DNA of 17,752 nucleotides from Thainema sp. (lineage in GTDB: Bacteria > Cyanobacteriota > Cyanobacteriia > Phormidesmidales > Phormidesmidaceae): NCBI GenBank assembly GCA_052168235.1, contig JBQLZK010000100.1:1-17752 (forward strand), written 5' to 3'. The notes under the pieces were generated by a model, which saw only the letters and a list, made by a program, of their open reading frames with translations, did not search any database and was not told where the DNA came from. Of this stretch, positions 1 through 9,031 are shown piece after piece. The translations under genes were made by a program, and so were the position numbers. Numbering within the stretch: the stretch's first letter is position 1; the number at the start of each line of letters is the position of its first letter.

Positions 1-9
1 ACGTAATTG

Positions 10-18
10 ACCTCCTTT
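10..18 (-). promoter_or_regulatory. Shine-Dalgarno of a minus-strand gene that probably starts at the left window edge
   Basis: Minus strand reads AAAGGAGG-TCAATTAC-GT, and the window ends after GT. Spacing of 8 nt fits a GTG start; the gene itself is outside the window. Confidence 0.45.
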
Positions 19-129
19 CGACTTGACTTTTAAGATAATCGCTCTCGCCTTACTTTTTTGAGCGCTCAATACTGAGTGTTGAGGTGTAGCCATAATCTAG
101 AGCATCGGTATAAGAACGTGCAGGTGGGT

Positions 130-387
130 TTATTTGACGAGGGTGCTGACAATGATGGTTAAGGTTGCAGTAGCGATTAGGCTAAAGGCCAGATTGGCGA
201 CCTGCGTAGACGCCTTCTGATAGGTATCGACTCGGATATTAGTTTGGGCTAGTTCCTGTTTCAGGCCATCAACTTCAGTTTTGAGTCCGTCAACATCTGT
301 TTTGAGTCCATTAACGTCAGTGGTTAATCGCTCTAGTTGCTCTAGGACGGTTTTTTGGAATTGATCAGAAGTGTCGCTGGCTTGCAT
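130..387 (-). CDS. Small coiled-coil protein with C-terminal transmembrane anchor (85 aa from ATG 387)
   Basis: Heptads TDVNGLK/TDVDGLK/TEVDGLK, then hydrophobic C-terminus LAFSLIATATLTIIVSTLV. ATG at 387 preferred over the TTG at 432. Confidence 0.75.
   Translation of the reverse strand: MQASDTSDQFQKTVLEQLERLTTDVNGLKTDVDGLKTEVDGLKQELAQTNIRVDTYQKASTQVANLAFSLIATATLTIIVSTLVK
259..321. repeat. Three imperfect 21-bp tandem repeats encoding heptads
   Basis: TTTCAGGCCATCAACTTCAGT / TTTGAGTCCGTCAACATCTGT / TTTGAGTCCATTAACGTCAGT. Confidence 0.85.
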
Positions 388-464
388 GGTGAGGTGCGAT
401 CGCAGATCTTGGATAGTTTTATTGTAGGTCAAGGATTATCTGCGATAGGGAAACGGGGCGCGTT

Positions 465-1238
465 TCAGGTAAGCCAGCGAAACGCACGGCGCAGTTCAGC
501 CGTGCCGTTTTGCTCGTACCAGCGACCGTGAGCCAGGATCACTTTTTCCGGTTGCCACTGTAGGATTTGCTGCAAGCATTGACGAGCTTGAGCCTTGCGG
601 CCCCAGAAGGTGAAACGCAGATCAATTGGGGCTTTGCCGTCTGGATCAACGCTGCCCGACAGCTTCATCAGCCAGCGAAACGGGTAAGCGACTTTACTGG
701 CTTCAAAGTTTTCAATCAAATCAGCCAGGATGAGCGTGTTGCTCGAACGGTGAAAAAAGACGACTTCATCCATAAAGCGACTGCCGCGAAAGATAAGCTG
801 GTCGAGCTGTTCAGCCCACTGAAATGGCGGTTCATCAGTCAGGTCAGCATCGAACGAGACGGCAATGTTCTGCCGCGCGGCTCGCTCTCGTACTCCAGGT
901 GATGCCCAAGTGGTCGCTGCTGGATAGGCTTCGGCCCACGCACCAATGTGGGCATAGTGAATCTTATTAGGCGAAACCAGATGCCGGACTGAACCAATTG
1001 CGTCGATCTGTGCCTTCAGTTCCGGCGTCAGTTCAGTGGGCGAATGGCACCACAGCTCGTTGTTGTCCAGTCGCACGATAGTCATCCGAGTGGAAAAGGG
1101 AATCGTCGTACCGTACATGGCCATGCTGACCACTGGCCCGTCTACAATCCAAATATTCTCGTCAACGGGTTTGAGTGTGTTGATGGGTTCATAAAGTGCG
1201 ATCGCATCCGTATTCATACTCGTGTACCTGATCGCCAT
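465..1238 (-). CDS. DUF4336 family protein (metallo-beta-lactamase-like fold)
   Basis: Motifs FSTRMTIVRL, LWCHSP, SPNKIH, EVVFFH..S.TLILADLIENF, W.PEKVILAHG. Alternative start ATG at 1217. Confidence 0.85.
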   Translation of the reverse strand: MAIRYTSMNTDAIALYEPINTLKPVDENIWIVDGPVVSMAMYGTTIPFSTRMTIVRLDNNELWCHSPTELTPELKAQIDAIGSVRHLVSPNKIHYAHIGAWAEAYPAATTWASPGVRERAARQNIAVSFDADLTDEPPFQWAEQLDQLIFRGSRFMDEVVFFHRSSNTLILADLIENFEASKVAYPFRWLMKLSGSVDPDGKAPIDLRFTFWGRKAQARQCLQQILQWQPEKVILAHGRWYEQNGTAELRRAFRWLT

Positions 1239-1344
1239 AACATCCTAGTCCGCGCTTATTCCGCACTGACTTCACACTGACACAATAGCCTGCGATCGCA
1301 GATGCGGAGTGGGGATAATTGCATTGTAGGGCAAGCGCAATCCT

Positions 1345-1367
1345 GTTGCTTTAGAGTTGCTTTAGAG
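1345..1367. repeat. Perfect 11-bp tandem direct repeat in divergent promoter region
   Basis: GTTGCTTTAGA GTTGCTTTAGA G, 60 bp upstream of the first MscS start. Confidence 0.7.
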
Positions 1368-1426
1368 CGTTTCTGGGCACTTCTACGCATTCATCAGCGA
1401 CTCGGTTAGTCACGTAAGAGGGAAAT

Positions 1427-2560
1427 ATGATCAGACGTCTTCTAAAAGCCATTGGTCTGACATTCGATTTACCGGATGTGTTAATTAGCATTGTTGTTGT
1501 GCTGCTGAGTTTGATCCTCTTGCTCGCCGTACTTTGGAGCGTTTCTCTATCGCGGTCAAAGTGGCTCCATCTGACACAGCCGCTAGCGCAGCAGTGGGGG
1601 CTAGTGGAACCGTTAGAAGCGATTCGGACAGTTGTGTATCCCTATCGGATTTGGCTGGGAATCGTTGTAGTGGCAGTCCTACTCGATTTAATCGTGCTGT
1701 CCTATCCAATTCCGCTCTGGTTAGCTTGGCTGGAAATTGGCTTAAGTTTTGTGCTAGCCGTCAGTGCCGCTGTTTTAGGATTCAAGCTGTTTGACAAATT
1801 ATTCGATGCCTATCTGTTGGGCGCAACGTTAGAAGACGGGAGCCAAATCAATACGGAATTGCTGACTCTAGGGAAGTTCGTTGCCAAAGCGGCAATTGTG
1901 CTGATGATGGTGTTCTGCTTTGCTCAGGCGCATCAATATAACCTAGTGGGATTATTTGCCAGTCTAGGCGTCGGTGGCTTTGCGATCGCATTTGGATCGC
2001 AGAAAATTATTGAGCAAATCCTCTGGAGCATTGTGCTGTATATTGATCGGCCCTTTACCGTTGGCGATCATATCCATCTGCCGGATCGGACGCTAGGTAA
2101 AGTGGAGTCTACGGGCTGGCGATCCACCAAAATTCGCCTGTCTGGTAAAAATACACTGATGGTCGTACCCAACAGTAACCTGGCTCAGGTTAGTATTGAG
2201 AACTTAACCAACGCCCAGCGGGTGATTTCTATGGTGACGCTGACGTTTTTCCGATCGATGTCGAGTGAAGAACAGGCTTTAATTGAGCAACTGCTGTTGG
2301 ACAGCACGCGCGATATTTTGGGCATCGACCATCAGCTAACCCAGGTTAATTTTGAAACCCTCAGTAGCCCATCGGGGCAACCGTACGTTCAGGCTCAGGT
2401 GATCTTTTTTATTCTGGGCGCGACTGCAACGTCAATGGAACTACGCAAAGGATTGTTGGAAATGGCGCGGGAGAATATTATGAAGCAGCTACAGATGTAC
2501 GACGTTAGTTTTGACCTCAAAGAAAGCAGTATTGACGTCAATCAACCGATGAATGTTTAG
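1427..2560 (+). CDS. MscS-family mechanosensitive channel (1)
   Basis: Several TM helices, then LFASLGVGGFAIAFGSQ, DRPFTVGDHI, GKVESTGWRSTKIR, VPNS.L. AAGAGGG upstream of ATG. Confidence 0.9.
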   Translation: MIRRLLKAIGLTFDLPDVLISIVVVLLSLILLLAVLWSVSLSRSKWLHLTQPLAQQWGLVEPLEAIRTVVYPYRIWLGIVVVAVLLDLIVLSYPIPLWLAWLEIGLSFVLAVSAAVLGFKLFDKLFDAYLLGATLEDGSQINTELLTLGKFVAKAAIVLMMVFCFAQAHQYNLVGLFASLGVGGFAIAFGSQKIIEQILWSIVLYIDRPFTVGDHIHLPDRTLGKVESTGWRSTKIRLSGKNTLMVVPNSNLAQVSIENLTNAQRVISMVTLTFFRSMSSEEQALIEQLLLDSTRDILGIDHQLTQVNFETLSSPSGQPYVQAQVIFFILGATATSMELRKGLLEMARENIMKQLQMYDVSFDLKESSIDVNQPMNV

Positions 2561-2581
2561 ACTCGGCGCGATAGATAAGCA

Positions 2582-3706
2582 ATGGTGCAGCTCGACCCGG
2601 AAATCCTGAACTATGTCTTGGAGCTGATGGCAAGGCTAGGGTTGTTTTCATTGGCTGTCGCCATCTCTCCATTCGTTGGTCGATGGCTGCTTAATCTAAT
2701 CAATCGGGGCCTGAAGCTGCTGGAACGCCGGAACCTTATCGATAGTCGCATCGCTTATGAAAAGCTAATTCGCACCTATCGAACATCCCTTACGCTGATT
2801 GGGGCGTTTTTATTCATTGCTGTTGCCCTTAATCTGCTCATCCAGTACGAAGACCTCTATAGTTTTTTGGGCGTTTTTGTTTACACCACGCTATCTATCG
2901 GTCTGGCTTGGTTCGCGTTGAGACTGGCTCGGCAGTTTATCCATCAAGCGGTGATCAGCCTGGTTAATCGCTGGTTTGGGGAAGTCAATGAAGTTGTCTT
3001 GATTGTTGAAACTCTTGTCTATGTGCTGATTGTTGTGTTGGCGATCATCATTTTTGCGATCGGTCTACGGGTCAATCTGGTTGCGCTGGCCGCGAGCGTT
3101 GGTCTGAGCGGCGTTGCGATCGCATTTGCGGCTCAGCAAACCCTTGAGCGACTGTTTGGCACATTGGAACTGTATCTGGATCGTCCCTACGTCTCCGGTG
3201 AGTATATTCGCGTTAACTTCAATCCCTATGGTGAAGATGTCTATGGTTTAGTGGAAGCCATCGGTTTACGCTCCACCAAAATTCGGATTGTGGCCCAAAA
3301 TACGATGATGATTGTGCCGAATTCGACAATGGCTAGTAAAAACATCGAAAATGTCAGTCGCGGTAAAAAGACGATGGCCATGTTGTGTCTCGACTTTTCC
3401 AGGCCGCTGCGGCTTGATGAGCAGGCATTGGTGACGCGGACGATTGAGCAGGAAAGCCGACTGTTCTGGGGGTTTGATAAGACCAGTACACGGGTTCAAT
3501 ATGGCACGACGGACGATGTGGAGAATCCGGCAACGCGGGCGCGGGTGTTTTTCTTTATTTCCAGCCCGTCCCAGAATTCTCTAGAATTGCGAAAACGACT
3601 CCTGGAGTTGGCAAATTCTGCGATCGCGCAAAAGTTAGCGGCTCAAAACCTGAACTTTGTGGTTCCAGAACCGACCGTCTACATTGATTCCCCCATGACG
3701 CTTTGA
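2582..3706 (+). CDS. MscS-family mechanosensitive channel (2)
   Basis: ASVGLSGVAIAFAAQ, DRPYVSGEYI, GLVEAIGLRSTKIR, VPNS. Starts 21 bp after the first MscS gene. Confidence 0.9.
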   Translation: MVQLDPEILNYVLELMARLGLFSLAVAISPFVGRWLLNLINRGLKLLERRNLIDSRIAYEKLIRTYRTSLTLIGAFLFIAVALNLLIQYEDLYSFLGVFVYTTLSIGLAWFALRLARQFIHQAVISLVNRWFGEVNEVVLIVETLVYVLIVVLAIIIFAIGLRVNLVALAASVGLSGVAIAFAAQQTLERLFGTLELYLDRPYVSGEYIRVNFNPYGEDVYGLVEAIGLRSTKIRIVAQNTMMIVPNSTMASKNIENVSRGKKTMAMLCLDFSRPLRLDEQALVTRTIEQESRLFWGFDKTSTRVQYGTTDDVENPATRARVFFFISSPSQNSLELRKRLLELANSAIAQKLAAQNLNFVVPEPTVYIDSPMTL

Positions 3707-3718
3707 TGCCTAATGTGA

Positions 3719-3818
3719 TATCAAATCCGTGTATAAGAACCCATTCATTTTCCGCAAAATGCTTGCTCCACAAGCATTTTGCGGAAAATGAATGATGGGG
3801 TTTCAACCGGATTTCATA
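3719..3818 (+). mobile_element. MITE-like element, family A copy 1 (100 bp)
   Basis: Ends TATCAAATCCG...CGGATTTCATA, flanked by TGA/TTA. Perfect 24-bp internal stem 3742-3765/3771-3794. Similar to 14542-14641 and 15775-15887. Confidence 0.8.
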
Positions 3819-3876
3819 TTAGTACCTAGTATGAGTGCCCAGTATAAATCCCAACCATCGCTGTTTGCTGACGATC

Positions 3877-4362
3877 ATGAATACTCCACCTCCGTCTGAG
3901 CCAAATTTCAATCAGCCCAATGCCCAAAACCGAGACGATATCCTGATCAGCCTGCAAGAGCAGCAGCATAATCTCAAGCTTAGTTTGGAGGAACTCCAGA
4001 AGCGCACTAATCAAATGCGGGGGTTAGTGCAAACGCTGATTACTGGGCTCGTGATTTCGGTTGTGCTGGCGATCGGGATTACCGGATGGTTTGCTTACCG
4101 CTTACTGGTGCAGGAGCAGATTGTCCAGCGAGAGACGACGCAGGCGGCTGAAGCGAATGCCGAATTGCTAGAACAGTTGGAGACAGTTGAGACTCAGCTA
4201 CAGCGCCAGCAGGAGCAGCTAAACACTTTGCGAGATACTGTTCCAGATGAGCTGGCTACGCTAAATGATACGATTCAATCCCAGCAGCGGCGGCTAGAGC
4301 TATTGCAAGACCGAATTCAGCAAATGGAAACCCCAGCAGACGCTCCAGAGGAGGATAGTTGA
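3877..4362 (+). CDS. Single-TM coiled-coil hypothetical protein
   Basis: One TM segment (LITGLVISVVLAIGITGWFAY) between Q/E/L-rich heptad regions. ATG 3877 preferred over GTG 3835. Confidence 0.75.
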   Translation: MNTPPPSEPNFNQPNAQNRDDILISLQEQQHNLKLSLEELQKRTNQMRGLVQTLITGLVISVVLAIGITGWFAYRLLVQEQIVQRETTQAAEANAELLEQLETVETQLQRQQEQLNTLRDTVPDELATLNDTIQSQQRRLELLQDRIQQMETPADAPEEDS

Positions 4363-4397
4363 TGTTTGGGAATTTTCGATAGGCTACTCCCCTATAT

Positions 4398-5159
4398 TCA
4401 TTTTTCTCTCTTTGAACGATGACGCGCTCCCTTGACGACTGCACCAATCACCGCTACGGCTGGTGCTTCAAACCCAGTTTCCTCTACCTGCTGCACGATT
4501 GAGCCAAGCGTGCCCAGTAGCTCCTGCTGATCGGGACGGGTGCCCCAGCGAATTAGCGCAATTGGCGTATCGGTGGCGAGGCCAGCGTTAATCAGCTCCT
4601 CAGTGATGTGGGGCAGATTGTGGACGCCCATGTAGACCACAATCGTTTCCGAACCATGTGCGATCGCACTCCAGTTGACTTGTGGACGATATTTACCAGC
4701 GGACTCATGCCCAGTGACAAAGGTAACGGAAGAACTGTAGGAACGATGGGTTACGGGAATGCCGATATAGGCAGGAGCTGCAATCCCAGCCGTGATTCCT
4801 GGTACCACTTCGACAGGCACTCCGGCCTGCACCAAATCTTCCATTTCTTCGCCGCCCCGGCCAAACACAAAGGGATCGCCCCCCTTCAGCCGCACGACAA
4901 TAGCATTGGACTGAGCTTTTTCAATTAGGATTTGCGTCGTGGTTGCTTGCGGTAAAGAATGCCGACCCCGTCGCTTACCTGCGTGAATCTGTTCGGCATT
5001 CGGGTTAATCATCGCCAAAATTTCGGGGCTGACCAGCGCATCGTAGACAACGACATCGGCATGCTCCAGTAGCGTTTTGCCCTTCAAGGTGAATAACCCT
5101 GGATCACCAGGGCCGGCACCAACTAAGTAAACTTTGCCCAGAGGGGTGAATGAACTCAT
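4398..5159 (-). CDS. cobA: Uroporphyrinogen-III C-methyltransferase
   Basis: VYLVGAGPGDPGLFTLKG, VVRLKGGDPFVFGRGGEE, VVPGITAG, GIPVTHR, VTFVTGH. Confidence 0.95.
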   Translation of the reverse strand: MSSFTPLGKVYLVGAGPGDPGLFTLKGKTLLEHADVVVYDALVSPEILAMINPNAEQIHAGKRRGRHSLPQATTTQILIEKAQSNAIVVRLKGGDPFVFGRGGEEMEDLVQAGVPVEVVPGITAGIAAPAYIGIPVTHRSYSSSVTFVTGHESAGKYRPQVNWSAIAHGSETIVVYMGVHNLPHITEELINAGLATDTPIALIRWGTRPDQQELLGTLGSIVQQVEETGFEAPAVAVIGAVVKGARHRSKREK

Positions 5160-5641
5160 ACAGAATACGAATGGCCTATGGATTGCAGAATAATCAAGAA
5201 AGTTGTTTTTGAAGCCGGAGTTGCACTAGATGCGATCGCCTCGCACGTTAAAGCGACTGATCGAACAAGCACACTATTCTAACCTTTCATCCAACCTCTA
5301 GTGTATTGAACATAGATGCATTCAAATGTAAATACAGACACGGCAGCCAAGCTGAATAACAGGACATGCTGACAGTGGGTGAATGGCTTGCCATAGTCCT
5401 AACGTTAGGAAAAACAGATCTTAATTTTGGTTAACATAGATACAAAATAGCCGATATTATGCGATTTTTGCATGTCTGGTATGGACTAATCGCATTTAGC
5501 GCGAATGGTGACCGCAAATTGCGCACCGATCAGGCAGAGATCGCGGATTTACGTGGATTTGCAACGTAGACGATACGGCGCTAAAACGATGGCATTGGCT
5601 AGACTGCTTGTGTCGTCAAATGTCGTCTTTTACGTTGTCTC

Positions 5642-7399
5642 ATGGGACTTCTCCTCTACTCGCTGATTGCCCTGCTGCCCATTGCGACGGTCTTTTTGCT
5701 GTTAGTTGTGGCGCGGCGACCAGCGGGGCAAGCCATGCCCATTGCTTATTTGGTAACCGTTGTTATTGCGCTACTGATCTGGCAAGTTCCGCTTGTCGAA
5801 GTGGCTGCCGCCAGTATTCAGGGATTAGTGGCCGCTGCTGAAATTCTCTACATTGTGTTTGGCGCTATCCTGCTGCTGAATACGCTGCAAGAATCCGGTG
5901 CGATCGCATCTATTCGCCAGAGTCTGCTAGGTATCTCCCGCGATCGGCGGGTGCAGGTATTAATCATTGCCTGGCTGTTTGGCAGCTTTATCGAAGGCGC
6001 ATCCGGCTTCGGGACGCCTGCGGTGATCACCGTGCCGCTGCTAGTGGCGATTGGCTTTCCGGCAATGGCTGCTGTGATGGCTGCTCTAATCATTCAAAGC
6101 ACTCCTTCTACCTTTGGCGCAGTTGGGACACCAATCATCATTGGCATCGATACCGGCTTACAAGGTGTACCCACCGTTGAGCAGCAGCTAAGTGATTTGG
6201 GACTCACTCAGCCGCAGTATCTAGAGGCGATTAGCCAATGGGCTGGCCTGTTTCACGGCATCATCGGTACCTTTTTGCCCCTGGTGCTGGTCATGGTAAT
6301 TACGGCAGGATTTGGGGTACGGCGGTCTTGGCGAGATGGTTTAGCCGCCTGGAAATTTGCCCTGTTTGCGGGGCTGGCGTTTACGATTCCCTACACGCTG
6401 ACGGCTGTCTTCCTGGGGCCGGAATTTCCGACTCTGATTGGTGGTCTGGTCGGACTCGGCATCGTCATTCCCAGCGCCAAGCGGGGGTTTCTTGTGCCCA
6501 AGCAAACCTGGGATTTTCCACCGCCCGATCAATGGTCAGATAGCTGGTCGAATCAAGCAGAATTACCCAATGAACAACCTCATAAACTGTTAAATCAACA
6601 ATCAGCAGAAACATCTCAATCGAGCTGTGATGTCCGGTTTCAGCTAGCTCCCATATCCGAACGCCGACCTCAAACGATGCCTGCTCTGCTGGCCTGGTTG
6701 CCCTACATCTTGCTTGGCGCAATTTTGATGTTGACTCGGTTTGAATTTTTGCCCATTCGAGACTGGCTCCAAGCTGCCACACTGAGCTGGAGCAACGTTC
6801 TAGGCACGGACGTGACAGTTTCCACCAGGCCGCTCTATCTGCCGCCAACTGTGTTTCTGATCGTAGTGGTAATTACCTTTTTCATCCACCGGATGAAGCT
6901 AGCCTCAATGCAGCGAGCCGTGGGGCACGCGGTACCGATGCTGCAAAAGACGACCTTGGCTTTGGGAGCCGCAGTGCTGATGGCGCGAGTCTTCATCAAT
7001 ACAGGCGTAAACGAGTCGGGCTTAGTCAGTATGCCCTTGACTCTCGCAGACGGCATGGCTGCATTAGCGGGTCAGCTCTGGCCGCTGTTTGCTCCCTATG
7101 TCGGCTTAGTGGGCTCCTTCGTTGCGGGCAGCGTCACCGTCAGCAACCTGATGTTTTCCCTGTTTCAGTTTGGAGTAGCGCTCCAGATTGGCGTGTCCAC
7201 TGCCGTTGTGCTGGGACTACAGTGCGTTGGAGCATCGGCAGGCAACATCATCTGTGTCTCCAATATCGTGGCGGCAGAGGCAACGGTTGGCCTGATTGGT
7301 CGCGAAGGCTTACTGATTCGGCGGCTGTTGTTGCCTACGTTGTATTACATTATCCTGGCGGGAATTCTGGGATTGTTGGCTCTGCAATTCACTATATAA
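5642..7399 (+). CDS. lctP: L-lactate permease (LctP/LldP/GlcA family)
   Basis: IVFGAILLLNTL, ISRDRRVQ..IIAWLFGSFIEGASGFGTPA, FGAVGTP, GSFVAGS.TVSNLMF, GN.IC..NIVAA.ATVGL; many TM helices. Confidence 0.9.
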   Translation: MGLLLYSLIALLPIATVFLLLVVARRPAGQAMPIAYLVTVVIALLIWQVPLVEVAAASIQGLVAAAEILYIVFGAILLLNTLQESGAIASIRQSLLGISRDRRVQVLIIAWLFGSFIEGASGFGTPAVITVPLLVAIGFPAMAAVMAALIIQSTPSTFGAVGTPIIIGIDTGLQGVPTVEQQLSDLGLTQPQYLEAISQWAGLFHGIIGTFLPLVLVMVITAGFGVRRSWRDGLAAWKFALFAGLAFTIPYTLTAVFLGPEFPTLIGGLVGLGIVIPSAKRGFLVPKQTWDFPPPDQWSDSWSNQAELPNEQPHKLLNQQSAETSQSSCDVRFQLAPISERRPQTMPALLAWLPYILLGAILMLTRFEFLPIRDWLQAATLSWSNVLGTDVTVSTRPLYLPPTVFLIVVVITFFIHRMKLASMQRAVGHAVPMLQKTTLALGAAVLMARVFINTGVNESGLVSMPLTLADGMAALAGQLWPLFAPYVGLVGSFVAGSVTVSNLMFSLFQFGVALQIGVSTAVVLGLQCVGASAGNIICVSNIVAAEATVGLIGREGLLIRRLLLPTLYYIILAGILGLLALQFTI

Positions 7400-7421
7400 A
7401 GCCAAACATTGGTAAACCCAT

Positions 7422-8252
7422 ATGAATATCAATCGGGCAACGCTCCGAAAAGTGCTGATTGGCGAATTCACCTGGAAGCGATGGGTGCGATCGCTGTTGT
7501 TCATCTACACGTTTTTTGCGCTTTACGTCTATTTTCGGGCCGACAGCATGATTTTTCTGCCCCAGCCCGCCAGCTACTCGGATACGGAAGAGATTCTGAA
7601 AGTCCCTGTCAATGAGACAGAAGAGATTTCGGCAGTTTATTTACCAAACGCACAAGCCACCTATACACTGCTCTATATTCACGGCAACGCGGAAGACTTG
7701 GGCTACATTCGCCCCATCCTCGACCAACTGCATAGCTGGGGCTTTAGCGTCTTTGCCTACGACTATCGGGGATATGGCACTAGCGATGGCAAACCCGGTG
7801 AGCGTCGTGCCTATCAGGATGCGGATGCTGCTTACACCTATCTGACGCAACAACTCAACATTCCACCGGAGCAAATTATCGTCTACGGTCGCTCTGTGGG
7901 TGGTGGGTCAGCAACGGAACTCGCGACTCGATATCCCACAGCCGGATTGATCCTAGAAAGTACCTTTATTTCGGCGTTTCGCGTTGTCGTACCTTTTCCT
8001 CTACTGCCATTCGATAAGTTTGCCAATCTGCGCAAGTTGGATGACGTTGATCAGCCCGTTTTGATCATGCACGGAGAGGCCGACCAAACTATTCCCTTTG
8101 AGCATGGTCAAGCACTCTATGAATCGGCTCCACAGCCCAAAGCTTTTCTCTGGATTGCAGAGGCTGGGCACGACGATTTTGCCTGGGTTGCAGGCGATCA
8201 GCTTAAGCAAGCGCTGATGTCGTTTCAAGAGCTGATCGAAATGCAGGATTGA
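7422..8252 (+). CDS. Alpha/beta hydrolase with N-terminal TM (ABHD13/17-like)
   Basis: HGNAED, YDYRGYG.S, nucleophile GRSVGG, HGEAD, AGHDD; full Ser-Asp-His triad. Confidence 0.9.
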   Translation: MNINRATLRKVLIGEFTWKRWVRSLLFIYTFFALYVYFRADSMIFLPQPASYSDTEEILKVPVNETEEISAVYLPNAQATYTLLYIHGNAEDLGYIRPILDQLHSWGFSVFAYDYRGYGTSDGKPGERRAYQDADAAYTYLTQQLNIPPEQIIVYGRSVGGGSATELATRYPTAGLILESTFISAFRVVVPFPLLPFDKFANLRKLDDVDQPVLIMHGEADQTIPFEHGQALYESAPQPKAFLWIAEAGHDDFAWVAGDQLKQALMSFQELIEMQD

Positions 8253-8268
8253 ATGATTTTCAGCCACC

Positions 8269-8298
8269 GTAGGATGCATTAGCCGTAATGCATCCTAC
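8269..8298. repeat. REP-like GTAG palindrome
   Basis: GTAGGATGCATTA-GCCG-TAATGCATCCTAC: perfect 13-bp stem beginning with GTAG, 16 bp after the hydrolase stop. Confidence 0.7.
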
Positions 8299-8935
8299 AA
8301 GATATGAGCATTGTCAGTTTCCTACTTCTTAAAAGATATTTTGAATAACAATTAATATTTATTAATCTACTACCCTAAAAGGTATTTTTCTCTTCAAAAG
8401 AACTTTTGATGAAATTTTTTATACAAAGAAATAAGGTGATTAAGTATAAACTTAATCTTGAAAATCGTAATTTAATCTGACTGCCAGGTTTTAGAGTCAA
8501 GATCGCTAGAAGGCGATTGGCATAAGCTTTTCACGGAAATACGACTTTGGATCTCGATGATGAAACTCATATTGCAGGATGAGTAGAAAAAACGTTGTTT
8601 GATATCTTAGTGAAGCTATAGAGAACATTAATTCTATTCGCGTTTTAGGGGTCTATTAAATTCGTTTTTGATTGTCAATCTCTGCGAAATGATACGTTCA
8701 AAATTAGCTTAAACATATCGATGTTTCCCAAAGGTGAATCCTGAGAATTCGCGTAAGTTTACATATCTTTCAAAACCAATTATCTTGGTAGCTAGTCTCG
8801 TACGTTGCCCAAACAGCAAAAGAGCGCTTTTGTCGTCGAAAATTATATTTCGAGAGATTAATTTGCAAGGTGCAGCTACGAGCAGGGCTAGAGCTTTGAG
8901 TGCGACCAAATTTCAGATCGGTTGAGTCAGGCCAA

Positions 8936-8949
8936 TTGGTCTAGACCAA
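8936..8949. promoter_or_regulatory. Putative GntR/HutC-type (dre-like) operator
   Basis: Perfect palindrome TTGGTCTAGACCAA about 80 bp upstream of ATG 9032; core matches the DasR/NagR-type TGGTCTAGACCA. Confidence 0.55.
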
Positions 8950-9031
8950 CTGAGATGCGCTATGTGTGTTTCATTAGTGCAAGTTCCTTCTATCGTCCAT
9001 AAAGCTTCTCGCCGCTCATTTCTACGTCCTT

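Noticed and set aside
4398..4430. Basic C-terminal tail of CobA (KGARHRSKREK) as a frameshift sign
   Set aside because: Length of 253 aa is normal and all core motifs are present; tails vary.
5430..5443. NtcA-like GTT-N8-TAC (also GTA-N8-CAC near 5328)
   Set aside because: Each has a mismatched half-site, and I see no -10 box at the canonical spacing after 5443.
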